Shown in pieces: positions 28,201-35,308 of a stretch of 64,000 bases of DNA. Within the stretch, counting starts at the first letter, position 1. Each line of letters begins with the position of its first letter. Below the pieces are notes generated by a model that saw nothing but the letters and a program-made list of their open reading frames with translations, did not search any database and was not told where the DNA came from. This stretch comes from an uncultured virus (IMG/VR IMGVR_UViG_3300047160_026157) (Duplodnaviria > Heunggongvirae > Uroviricota > Caudoviricetes), in IMG/VR virus record IMGVR_UViG_3300047160_026157; one strand, given 5' to 3'. A program made the position numbers and the translations under genes.

Positions 28201-31200
28201 CCCGACGACATCGCCAGCTTCGCTGCCATGCTGCTCGAAGGCCAGGCCGACAAGTTCGCCATCAAGTACATCCCGCAGACCGGCGAGTGGCAGGCCGACT
28301 TCTCCCCCAACGGCGAGTTCCTGGCCCGGGGCGAGCAGGCCACGACCGTCTGGGCCACCGACGACGTGGACTTCATGAAGCTGTTCGAGGCAGCCTTGAA
28401 CGGCAGCACGGTTACGGTCCGCGAGCCGGACCCCGCAGACTCGAAGAAGAGGATCGTCAACCGCCGGGCGACCGACGACGCCCAGGCGATGGTCCAGAAG
28501 ATGCGCAACGCCTTCAAGACCTGGGTCTGGGAGGACGACGAGCGGCGGCAGCGGTTGACAAGGTTTTACAACGACAACTTCAACAACATCGTCAAGATGC
28601 ATTACGACGGCTCGCACCAGACCTTCCCGGGGCTGAACCCGGCCATCAAGCTGCGGAGCCTGCAAGCGGACTTCGTCTGGCGGGTGGTGACGACCGGCGG
28701 CGGCCTGGCGGCCCACGACGTCGGTACGGGCAAGACGCTGTCCATGATCTGCGCGGCGATGGAGCTGCGGCGTCTGGGCCTGGCCAAGAAGCCGGCCATC
28801 TGCTGCCTGAAGTCGAACATCGAGCAGATCACCGCCGAGGCCCGCCGGGCCTACCCGGCCGCCCGCATCCTCTCCACCGAGGGCATGTTCGACGCGAAGT
28901 CGAGGAAGAAGACCATCGCGCGCATGGCGACCGGCGACTACGACATGGTCATCATGACGCATGACAATCTCAACATGCTGCAAATGAAACCGGAGGTGCA
29001 GGCCAAGTACATCCGCGAGGAGATGGCCGACCTGGTGGCCGCCAAGGCCCGGGCCGAGAAGGACGTCGCCGAGGCGGAGGCTTCCGGCGGCTACGGTCGC
29101 CGCGGCCGGGCCGAGGCCGCCGGCCGCGTCGTCGCCTCCATCGAGAAGGCCATGATGAACCTCCAGGAGCGTTTGGAGAAGGCCCTCGACGCGACCAGGA
29201 AGGACAACGCCGTCTTCTTTGAGGATACCGGCATCGACACCTTGATGATCGATGAGTGCTTCCCCGGCGACACGCCTGTCATGACGCGGGCCGGCGAGGT
29301 GCCGATCAGGGAGGTTGTCCAGGGGCGTCTTCCCGGCCCCGTGCTAACCTTGAACCGCGCGACGGGCGGGTTAGAATGGCGGCCCGTGACGGCGTGGTTC
29401 GAGCGCCCCTTGCGGAACCACCTGGTCCGCGTGGAGCACGAGTGCGGCTCGTTCGTCTGCACCTGTAACCACAACGTCTGGACCGAGGAAGATGGCTATG
29501 TCCAGGCCGGCCGGTTGCTACCCTCCCATACCCTGCGGGTTCTGCCACAAGGCCATTCCTTCTACCCCGTCGAGGCGGTGGAGGGTCCGGCAGGGGCGGA
29601 CGCAGTATTGCGACAAGCGGTGTCACGACCGGGGGCAGACGGGCAGGCCCTTCACGCGGACCTGCGAGTGGTGCGGCGGGCCGTTCACGGTGCCTGGCAG
29701 GCACCGGGCGAAGCTCGGGCGGGGGCTCCTGCGCTTCTGTGGGAAGGCTTGTGCGATCAGCTGGCGGTGGTCGCTGTCGGGGCGGACGTTCCTGTCGCGT
29801 GGTGGCAAGGGGCAGAGGACGGTGCCCCAGAAACTGCTCTCGGAGGCGCTGGGCTGGCCGGACATGGAGCATACCATCCTCACGGCGCCGGTCAGGGGGC
29901 GGTTCCCCTGCCTGCCCAGCTCTTACGACGTGGACGTTGCCTGCCCGGCCGCGAAGGTGGCGGTCGAAATCGACGGGAATTCTCACCGCACGCGGAAGTG
30001 GCAGTTCCTCGACAAACGCAAGACGGAGATCCTGTCCGCTCTCGGGTGGTCGGTGTTGCGCTTCACCAACGCGCGGGTGAAGAACGAACTTTCGACGGTC
30101 GTTCAGGAGATCAGGTCGTTTACGACTTCGAGGTTGCCGGCACCCACAACTACTTCGCATCCGGGGTGAACGTCAGCAACTCCCACAAGTACAAGTCGCT
30201 GCCGGTCTATACCAAGATGCAGGGCCTGAAGGGGGTGCCGACCAGCCGCTCGAATCGGGCCACCAGCATGCTCATGCGGACGCGCTGGCTCCAGGAGCAG
30301 CACAACGGCCGCGGTGTTGTCTTCGCCACCGGCACGCCCATTACCAACACGCTGGCCGAGCTTTACAACCTCCAGCGCTACTTGCAGCCCGGGGAGCTGA
30401 AGGAGCGCGGCATTGACAACTTCGACGCCTGGGCCCGCTCCTTTGCCGAGGTCGAGACGAAGCGCGAGTTCACCGTCTCGGGCGAGTACAAGCCGGTGAC
30501 TCGCCTGGCCGCCTTCTCCAACGTCGCCGAGCTGATGCAGATTGCCGGCCAGGCCATCGACTTTGTGGCCACCGAGGACGTCAAGGACGCCGAGGGCAAG
30601 CCGGCGATCACCCGGCCCGACCGCCACGACCACGTCATCGCGGCCCCGAAGTCGGACGCCATGATGGCCTTGATGGAGAGCCTGCAAGCCCGGGCCAGGT
30701 CGATCAAGCGCTTCGACCCGGAGAACCCCGACAACATGCTGGTCATCTGCACCGACGGCAGGAAGGGTGCCCTGGACATGCGGCTGGTGGACCCCAACGC
30801 GAAGGACGACCCGCAGAGTAAGACCAACCTCGCCATCGACAACGTCCTGAAGCTCTACAAGGAGCGGCCCGGCAAGACGCAGCTGATCTTCTCGGATGTT
30901 GGCGTTAACCCCATCGAGGTCGGCGAGCGCACGAAGACGGACGCCGACGAGCCCGAGGAGGGCGAGGCCCCCGAGGACTCGACCACCATGCACTGGTACG
31001 GCGACGTCATCGACAAGCTGGTCGCCAGGGGCATTCCCAGGGAGAAGATCGCCGACTTCTCGAAGCTCAAGGGCCAGGCCAAAATCGACGCCCAGCTGGG
31101 CTTGCAGCGGGGCGAGATCGCCGTCGCCATCGGCTCGACCGACAAGCTGGGCACGGGCGTCAACGTCCAGCGTCAGGTGACGGCCATGCACCACCTGGAC

Positions 31201-32724
31201 TGCCCCTACGTACCGGCCTCGGTGGAGCAGCGTGACGGCCGCGGCTGGCGGAACCAGAACCAGAACAAGGACATTGACATCTACCGCTACGTGACCAAGG
31301 GCTCTCTCGACCAGACCTTCTGGGGCATCATCTCCCGGAAGGCCCGGTTCCTCAAGCAGGCCCGCGAGGAGAACGTCCGCGAGATCCGCGAGGAGGACAC
31401 CGAGCAGCTCTCCCCCGAGCAGATCCAGGCGGTCGCCAGCGACAACCCGCGCTTCGTGGAGAAGGTCGAGCTGGACGACGAGGTGCAGAAGCTCATCAAC
31501 GACCGCGGCCGCCACGAGCGCGAGCAGGACCGCTTCATCAGGCGCCTCGCCGGGCTCAAGCGCGACATCGAGGGGGGCGAGCTGAGGACGCCCCGGGTGA
31601 AGGAGGCCATCCAGGTGCTGACGGACCACCCGGACTTCTCCTTCACGATTGGCCAGGTCAAGGGGGTGGACGAGAAGACCTTCGGTCCGGGCCAGAGGAA
31701 GGAGGCCGGCGAGGCATTTCAGCAGTGGCAGAAGGACAACAGCCGGCTCATCGGCAGGAATAACGCTGTCCAGATCGGCAGTTACCGCGGCCTGGACCTG
31801 TGGGTGGACAACTCGCACTTCTTCCTGACGCGGCCAGGTCTTCACACCTGGGATCTGGCAGGCGAGCGCGTGGACGTCTCGGACTCGCTCAACTCCATCG
31901 AGGCGGTCATCCGCAGGGTGCCCCAGCGGCTCGCCGAGCACGAGGCCCAGGTGGCCGGCTGGAAGGCTGACCGGGAGAAGCTGGAGGGCCAGGTCGGCAA
32001 GACCTGGAACAGGGGCGAGGAGCTGAAGACCAAGCAGGCCCGGCTGGTGCAGCTGGAGGCGGAGCTTTCCAACAAGAAGCCGATCCAGGGCAAGGATCTG
32101 GAGGACTTCGTCCTCGACCTGGCCAGCCGGCCCGGCGGTGTCGGCCCCCGGGACGTGATGCGGCTGATGGAGGAGAAGAACCTGTCGGCGGACTGGAGCG
32201 CGGTCCAGCAGACCGTCGGCGATCTTCTGGAGCAGGGGAAGATTCGCCAGGAGGGCAACCGGGCCGTGGCGACCCAGCCGCGGGTGGGGGAGCCGGAGGC
32301 GGGGCCGGGGCCTGCCGAGGAGGTCGGCGTGCCGGAGCTGCGGGTGCCCGAGCCCGCGGTCGAGCCCGAGCGGCCGGTGTCCAGGCTGGAGGAGGGGATT
32401 CGTGCCGAGGAGGAGACCGTGGAGCGGACGGTCCTCGCCGCCGTCGAGGCGGGCGGTCGGGCCGGCGTGGACGGCCCGCGGGTCCGGGAGTTCCTGCGGG
32501 CCCGGGGCATGGGCCACATCCCATGGCCGGACATCGTCGGCACGCTGATCCGCATGAAGAGCGAGGGCAAGATCAGCGGCGAGGGCGGCCGGGCCTATCC
32601 CGTCCAGCACCGCCGCGGCGGTGTTCCCCGGGTCCTCTACGCCCGCCTGGCCGAGCGGGCCCGGCGGGCCGGCGACCCCTACTCGGCCGCCATCTACGCC
32701 CGCCAGGCACGGGGCGAGTGGTGA
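22300..32724 (+). CDS. DarB-like giant protein: N6-adenine DNA methyltransferase plus SNF2-type helicase, intein-containing
   Basis: LETSAGIG and SNVPF MTase motifs; AHDVGTGKT, DE|SH, FATGTPITN, LGTGVNVQ, EQRDGR helicase motifs. Confidence 0.9.
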   Translation: MPSAMPPANGQAPAPAPAPQAPPPAAPPPPEPGLRAAEGNANIYSSKLNAIMRLLMGAETDEEFAAARQMAAQIVQMSDDDARALLGGQEPGGGSFLRHLREDYPLQYAMKTKCQTSGAQFHIHTGPREVDCRVTMPFDLGLDEKEASLLEANLHNALELVLARYFVGGDEDDADRHFRADYPLQYEAPRVLGGYGGIGGQGGGTWILAESLARFYAGLFTDMEAAGRPPKEDEVSDALDEIGPHGWTLEHEGHTWEAVRLDEEEEALPHKRVKAGTPGAIELTDKRGHKYHVDKETARKLGVVPRRPAATAAGVMTRLAPHAVPIGGPSHAQTVRAWQALLKHHGPEAVGRLDELAGGAEEALAKTTDPALKTRLAQKLGALHAMARLAAEPAGEETVELAANAPLDVETGALSIDYGDLSRFGGALKTQSAKRDLAAFLQKATTLSDEDLDKLMKAQDTRSRLGFMQLKGLQHIAQVRAEARPAATVPEAPPAATAAPVPGATPVARAFTGLRDVAAELQAIREDMTSASPDPDLQQRVDAAGAWLAANAKPGGLGDKLLQEAHQLNDRLAGGSGKPGMRIQMPEPPAEEEIPVEAQPPVTKGDAVTVHLPHDYGTTRRGTVESVAGGLVHVRDQYGTLQSVTPGFVEGGFTGTTRDSLGREYHWIDGKRTKKGLFTDFRKVQLDPLAAYLYQHMGNEPLDTAKLMEKANIGGVGGWNSMRSVDENLERLEGRGLILKSDDGYRLNPEKSVDFEGKLVPFPWSPSVEAADPDRATKPEAVGVAEPARKPGPAALAGDLPTAFLGMTNPVATARLYGLPDDFWDDGRKVEQSTRGFGTAGLVGSVVVNDKYDPDDAVGKALAERQNLVRQGQYKFMHRQRADAAVKQALAAAAARAAGAKQPAAVKPVRGMQVLAAMAAREAAAAKAQSEAAALGEEEESGFEPTTEQTYAYSLKPWNLDKETFDAVGASKSLLVNIKRSPEKRAQFSEEARRLRFGEWVAVRDWRTGKESYGHPVGIYLAGSSTGGTGPEEDVQISYGGWGPRTPSVTSPKAIRPLSYDEVLDAARAAGQVIPEEAGVPAEARPAEPGFTGTTVDSLGREYHWVNGKRTKKAEEPAAAPPATAPEEEEHELEREGPAGPGRGLPAGERLGAPAGAAPPEVLPPAGPRAGGEPEAVPGGADLGRHGLRAGPGGAEHPAVLGPGAGAGEALAAPAGGPGEATDVGGTVGPGIPGGGGGGSAAVAREASLQEPATALNPTDVAAGNFRYVEGGDASPPGSKSKFWANIAALRVLEALKLEGRDTATPAEQLTLSKFSGWGQFKRAFDYNVPGGSYEEYQKWEKERQTLKGLLGEREYELARKSALNAHYTDPSVVKAQWDMARKLGFTGGKFLETSAGIGYYLGMMPPDLMAQTQATAVEMDPGPGKMLQLLYPKVTTKVQGFQDFQAPDNFYELVASNVPFAHEIGFYDPEYAKYQPALHDYFFLKSIDKVRPGGLVMHITSTGTLNKPDSPARQRMVEQSELVAAIRFPGGQHKESAGTEVVTDMLILRKKHPGEEPVDPDKTPPEAMPPAAQDAVERLRKMEELGRAMGRSPEDMRVGLDSIRDDIEKATAGFTGMTTDSLGRVYHWVNGKRVPGPRWDDVLTVPDPAGGKPIPTNRYFVEHPEQVLGTIDRSGHLHQPNEPGVTAAPDYEERLQAIIDRLPEGLLKRTGVPAGPAGSEALPAPGEVKEGGYTIVDGKLYQRERGALIPQEVSEKELALIQEHLEIRDVVRDSLNRQLAGESADEAREKLNAAYDAFVAEHGPLHNRANFRTFQDDPDAPVLLALEDEYDPKKKTATKADIFRKDTVRHVETPESAGTIAEAVGISLHTTGHLDVKEMARLLKKTPEETGELLAASGLAYNDPELGWKPAAEYLSGNVRRKLTLARAAAETDPKFQANVTALEAHQPKDLDSSRISAKLGAVWVPPDDIASFAAMLLEGQADKFAIKYIPQTGEWQADFSPNGEFLARGEQATTVWATDDVDFMKLFEAALNGSTVTVREPDPADSKKRIVNRRATDDAQAMVQKMRNAFKTWVWEDDERRQRLTRFYNDNFNNIVKMHYDGSHQTFPGLNPAIKLRSLQADFVWRVVTTGGGLAAHDVGTGKTLSMICAAMELRRLGLAKKPAICCLKSNIEQITAEARRAYPAARILSTEGMFDAKSRKKTIARMATGDYDMVIMTHDNLNMLQMKPEVQAKYIREEMADLVAAKARAEKDVAEAEASGGYGRRGRAEAAGRVVASIEKAMMNLQERLEKALDATRKDNAVFFEDTGIDTLMIDECFPGDTPVMTRAGEVPIREVVQGRLPGPVLTLNRATGGLEWRPVTAWFERPLRNHLVRVEHECGSFVCTCNHNVWTEEDGYVQAGRLLPSHTLRVLPQGHSFYPVEAVEGPAGADAVLRQAVSRPGADGQALHADLRVVRRAVHGAWQAPGEARAGAPALLWEGLCDQLAVVAVGADVPVAWWQGAEDGAPETALGGAGLAGHGAYHPHGAGQGAVPLPAQLLRRGRCLPGREGGGRNRREFSPHAEVAVPRQTQDGDPVRSRVVGVALHQRAGEERTFDGRSGDQVVYDFEVAGTHNYFASGVNVSNSHKYKSLPVYTKMQGLKGVPTSRSNRATSMLMRTRWLQEQHNGRGVVFATGTPITNTLAELYNLQRYLQPGELKERGIDNFDAWARSFAEVETKREFTVSGEYKPVTRLAAFSNVAELMQIAGQAIDFVATEDVKDAEGKPAITRPDRHDHVIAAPKSDAMMALMESLQARARSIKRFDPENPDNMLVICTDGRKGALDMRLVDPNAKDDPQSKTNLAIDNVLKLYKERPGKTQLIFSDVGVNPIEVGERTKTDADEPEEGEAPEDSTTMHWYGDVIDKLVARGIPREKIADFSKLKGQAKIDAQLGLQRGEIAVAIGSTDKLGTGVNVQRQVTAMHHLDCPYVPASVEQRDGRGWRNQNQNKDIDIYRYVTKGSLDQTFWGIISRKARFLKQAREENVREIREEDTEQLSPEQIQAVASDNPRFVEKVELDDEVQKLINDRGRHEREQDRFIRRLAGLKRDIEGGELRTPRVKEAIQVLTDHPDFSFTIGQVKGVDEKTFGPGQRKEAGEAFQQWQKDNSRLIGRNNAVQIGSYRGLDLWVDNSHFFLTRPGLHTWDLAGERVDVSDSLNSIEAVIRRVPQRLAEHEAQVAGWKADREKLEGQVGKTWNRGEELKTKQARLVQLEAELSNKKPIQGKDLEDFVLDLASRPGGVGPRDVMRLMEEKNLSADWSAVQQTVGDLLEQGKIRQEGNRAVATQPRVGEPEAGPGPAEEVGVPELRVPEPAVEPERPVSRLEEGIRAEEETVERTVLAAVEAGGRAGVDGPRVREFLRARGMGHIPWPDIVGTLIRMKSEGKISGEGGRAYPVQHRRGGVPRVLYARLAERARRAGDPYSAAIYARQARGEW
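25691..26068 (+). CDS. Nested +1-frame 125 aa helical protein just before the MTase domain
   Basis: GAGGAGG RBS and ATG; host frame is G/A/P-rich over the same span. Confidence 0.75.
   Translation: MNWKERAQQARGEGYRPGNGWERQLEQHLRKFFPQLVRELGANLKPFLEAQTWDVMVYEQDLVEQNTPPFSARELALARLLPPPPEDLERPQTWEVQSGLESQAEAAAEVLPLLGKPRSKSPPRP
29257..30180 (+). mobile_element. Intein (308 aa) inserted in the helicase Walker B motif
   Basis: Starts CFPGDTPV; block B CTCNH; ends VYDFEVAGTHNYFASGVNVSN before Ser; splicing restores IDESHKYKSL. Confidence 0.93.
29498..30169 (+). CDS. Zn-finger plus DUF559/Vsr-like endonuclease in the +1 frame inside the intein
   Basis: Two CxxC...[YF]CxxxC fingers; YDVDVA...VAVEIDGNSH...DKRKTEIL..LGWSVLRFTN; GAGGA RBS (alternative ATG at 29492). 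Confidence 0.88.
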   Translation: MSRPAGCYPPIPCGFCHKAIPSTPSRRWRVRQGRTQYCDKRCHDRGQTGRPFTRTCEWCGGPFTVPGRHRAKLGRGLLRFCGKACAISWRWSLSGRTFLSRGGKGQRTVPQKLLSEALGWPDMEHTILTAPVRGRFPCLPSSYDVDVACPAAKVAVEIDGNSHRTRKWQFLDKRKTEILSALGWSVLRFTNARVKNELSTVVQEIRSFTTSRLPAPTTTSHPG

Positions 32725-32726
32725 GG

Positions 32727-32752
32727 CTGACTACACGGAAACGTGTAGTCAG
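32727..32752. terminator. Perfect 11-bp hairpin with GAAA loop between convergent genes; member of the dispersed palindrome family
   Basis: CTGACTACACG-GAAA-CGTGTAGTCAG. Confidence 0.55.
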
Positions 32753-33000
32753 TCGCAGAGCTGAATCTCTATCGCGGACCGGCCGTGCTCCACGTAGCAC
32801 GGCAGGCAGCAGAGCATCCAGCGGCCCGGCATCCTCCGCTCCATGAACTCCAGGGAACGCACCTCGACGACCACGGGCTGGCCGCACAGCTCGCAGGGCC
32901 GGGAAATCTGCTCGCCGCCGTGGTCCTCCCAGTAGGGATCGCCGACGCGGCAGGCGGCCAGGCAGGCCCAGCCCTTGGGCCAGACGAACAGCTCGGTCAT
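32749..33000 (-). CDS. Small Cys-rich protein
   Basis: GGAGG RBS; CELC...CLPC. Confidence 0.6.
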   Translation of the reverse strand: MTELFVWPKGWACLAACRVGDPYWEDHGGEQISRPCELCGQPVVVEVRSLEFMERRMPGRWMLCCLPCYVEHGRSAIEIQLCD

Positions 33001-33254
33001 GGCACTTCCTCCCGGTGGGGCAAGGGGATCAGGTACTCGTGCTCCCAGGGCCCGATGGGCCGGTTGGCGGGGTAGGACGTCCAGGCGGTGACGTGCTGGC
33101 CTGGGAGGACCAGGTCGTTGCAGCCGTCGCAGGTCAGGGGGCGGCTGGCCCGGCCGTGGACGCGGTAGACATACACGGCCGGGCCGTCCTCGCTGGCCGC
33201 GTAGGAGTGGAAGGTGGCCTTCAGGGCGCAGCTGGGGCAGTGGATGCACCTCAT
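32997..33254 (-). CDS. Small zinc-binding protein
   Basis: CPSC...CDGC; ATGA coupling. Confidence 0.65.
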   Translation of the reverse strand: MRCIHCPSCALKATFHSYAASEDGPAVYVYRVHGRASRPLTCDGCNDLVLPGQHVTAWTSYPANRPIGPWEHEYLIPLPHREEVP

Positions 33255-33544
33255 TGCGGCTCCCCTTTCGCCTTCAGGATGGCGTCTTCCAGCATCGCGC
33301 GGACCGCCTCGATCAGCGGGACGCTGGGCGGGAGGCCCTGCATGGTCGCGATGAGGGTGCAGGCCCGCTCGCAGGCGGCCAGCAGGTCCGGGGCCGCCGA
33401 GATCAGGGCAGCGTTGGCGGCGATCTCCGAATCGTCCACGGTGTCGGGGATCACCTCGGCGACGTTCTGCACCTCGGTGGCCACGTAGGTGCCGGTGTGG
33501 TCCTTCTCGACCTGCCAGGTCCCTGCCGTATGCTTGGTCGTCAC
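33251..33544 (-). CDS. Phage early protein (KHTxGxW...ANAxLIxAAPDLL)
   Basis: Recognisable motif; AAGGAG RBS. Confidence 0.75.
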   Translation of the reverse strand: MTTKHTAGTWQVEKDHTGTYVATEVQNVAEVIPDTVDDSEIAANAALISAAPDLLAACERACTLIATMQGLPPSVPLIEAVRAMLEDAILKAKGEPQ

Positions 33545-33556
33545 GGTTCGCTCCTT

Positions 33557-34033
33557 TCAGAACGGGATATCGTCGCCTTTGGGCCAGGTGGGCCCGGCCG
33601 GCTTCTGCTCTTCCCCCTCCACGAACAGCCGGGCCTCCACGAAGGCCACGGCCAGATCAAAGGCGGCCTCCTCGGTGATCCTGTCGCCGTCGTGCGTCAG
33701 CCAGATCTGTTCCGTCTCCCAGTTGCCGTCGAGGGTAAACGTCATGAACTGGGCCAGGTAGCTGGCCCCGAGCTGGACGGTGTAGGGCCAGTCCGTCACC
33801 TTGACGTTCAGGAACAGCGGGTAGGCCATGACGTCGGTTCGGCCCGGGTCGCGGACGGGCAGGCCCTTCAGGGGCAGCAGTCGCCCCGTGAGGCCGTTCA
33901 GGGTGCGGATGGCCGCCGCCCGGACGCGGCCGGCCTTCTCCTCCGCCTCGCGCTTTCGCTCCTTCTGCTTCTCCACCCGGGCCTTCATGGCCTGGATGCG
34001 CTCCTCGGGGGGCTGGACAGGGGGGGTGCTCAT
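33557..34033 (-). CDS. Hypothetical protein ending in an SSB-like DDIPF tail
   Basis: C-terminus GDDIPF. Confidence 0.7.
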   Translation of the reverse strand: MSTPPVQPPEERIQAMKARVEKQKERKREAEEKAGRVRAAAIRTLNGLTGRLLPLKGLPVRDPGRTDVMAYPLFLNVKVTDWPYTVQLGASYLAQFMTFTLDGNWETEQIWLTHDGDRITEEAAFDLAVAFVEARLFVEGEEQKPAGPTWPKGDDIPF

Positions 34034-34036
34034 CGC

Positions 34037-34255
34037 TCACTTCTCCTCTCCGGGGGCGAAAGGTGAGTAGTGGTCCGGGCCGCCCTCGTACTCGAAGTGG
34101 AAGCTGCCGCTGTCGAGGCGGTCCGCCACCCGCTCGCGGCAGACGTCGCAAAGGCGGATGGGGGTCGCCAGGCCGTCGCGGTAGAGCCGCCAGTGCGGCG
34201 GGTTGTAGCAGGGCCCCAGGTGCTCGGGCAGGCCGAGCCAGCCGGTGCAGGTCAT
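34037..34255 (-). CDS. Small Cys/His protein
   Basis: AAGGAGG RBS. Confidence 0.6.
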   Translation of the reverse strand: MTCTGWLGLPEHLGPCYNPPHWRLYRDGLATPIRLCDVCRERVADRLDSGSFHFEYEGGPDHYSPFAPGEEK

Positions 34256-34268
34256 GGTAGGGTCCTCC

Positions 34269-34481
34269 TTACTCGTCGGGCCCGCGGCCGGCCAGGCCGG
34301 CCACGCCCTCGGCGTCGCAGACGACGACGCCGAGGGGGAACAGCTCCCGCAGGTCCTCGGACCCGTAGAAGCATTCCGGGCAGATGAAGACGTCGTCCAG
34401 CACCTCGTCGGTGTCGGACCGGCTGGCGACCAGCCGCACGAGCGGCCCGCCCGCGTCGCAGAAAGCACACTTCAGGCTCAT
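34269..34481 (-). CDS. Small zinc-ribbon protein
   Basis: CAFC...FICPEC; AGGAGG RBS. Confidence 0.65.
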   Translation of the reverse strand: MSLKCAFCDAGGPLVRLVASRSDTDEVLDDVFICPECFYGSEDLRELFPLGVVVCDAEGVAGLAGRGPDE

Positions 34482-34537
34482 CGGTCACCTCCTTGCTCCT
34501 TGAAGGTGGCCCCCGGTGGCACCGGGGGGCCGGGGGT

Positions 34538-34630
34538 TCACGATTCCAGGGCGTCGAGGGCCCGCACGAGGCGGTAGACGGCGAAGTAGAGGGTGGCGGC
34601 GACGGCGAAGTAGAGGGTGGCAGTCATCAT
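34538..34630 (-). CDS. 30 aa hydrophobic peptide with an internal ATLYFAV duplication
   Basis: AAGGAG RBS; first ORF after the promoter. Confidence 0.5.
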   Translation of the reverse strand: MMTATLYFAVAATLYFAVYRLVRALDALES

Positions 34631-34650
34631 GGCAGACTCCTTGTCTCAGG

Positions 34651-34720
34651 GGAGGGGGCCCGCCGGTCGGGCCCTTCGGGGGCTCCCCAAGTATATTCGC
34701 CCGCCGCGGACAATACTTGA
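34651..34720 (-). promoter_or_regulatory. Early-type promoter plus hairpin leader
   Basis: TCAAG-N15-GCGAATATACT; near-duplicate of 12419-12488. Confidence 0.65.
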
Positions 34721-34778
34721 GGAAATCGCTAGGAAACATTCGCCTGGCGTGGTTAGACTGGAGGGTGGAGGTAGGCCG

Positions 34779-35060
34779 ATGGGCAAGCGATTCGTCAACC
34801 TGGATCTGCTCAGGCGGGTGGGGCTGCGGGTGCTCTTCTTCCGCTGCCAGAGGGGTCTGTCCCGGGGGGAGCTGGCCCTGGCCCTCGGCGTGCCGGAGCG
34901 GGCCCTGCAAGCCTGGGAGCTGGGGGAGCGTGATCCGGGGATCGTCGCGCTCTTCCACCTGGCCGAGGCCCTGGGAGTCGCCTCCTGCGAGCTTTTGGAG
35001 CCCTTCGGGCCCGGCGAGGAGCCGATCCCCCGCCGCGGCCGGCCGCCGCTCATCGGCTGA
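34779..35060 (+). CDS. XRE-family HTH transcriptional regulator
   Basis: RGLSRGELALALGVPERALQAWELGERDP...LAEALGV; GGAGG RBS. Confidence 0.85.
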   Translation: MGKRFVNLDLLRRVGLRVLFFRCQRGLSRGELALALGVPERALQAWELGERDPGIVALFHLAEALGVASCELLEPFGPGEEPIPRRGRPPLIG

Positions 35061-35093
35061 GCCGGGGAACCCCTGGAAATCCGCTGATTCCTC

Positions 35094-35124
35094 TCAATAA
35101 ATGTCCACCCGGAGCGAATTACCT
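35094..35124 (+). promoter_or_regulatory. Early-type promoter
   Basis: TCAAT-N15-GCGAATTACCT; near-identical to 37192-37222. Confidence 0.6.
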
Positions 35125-35308
35125 AAGGGAGGGGCCCGCAGGGGGCCCCGGCCCCGGGGCCCGAGGGAGGGTCAGCCATGAACGCCAAGGTTCCCAAGCC
35201 GGCGACGCCGAGCGGGCGGCGCCTGGCCTACGTGGCCGGGCTCGCCTTCTGGACCTGCGAGACGCCCCGGGCCCCGCGGCCCGACGACAAGAAGAAGGAG
35301 ACCAAGCG

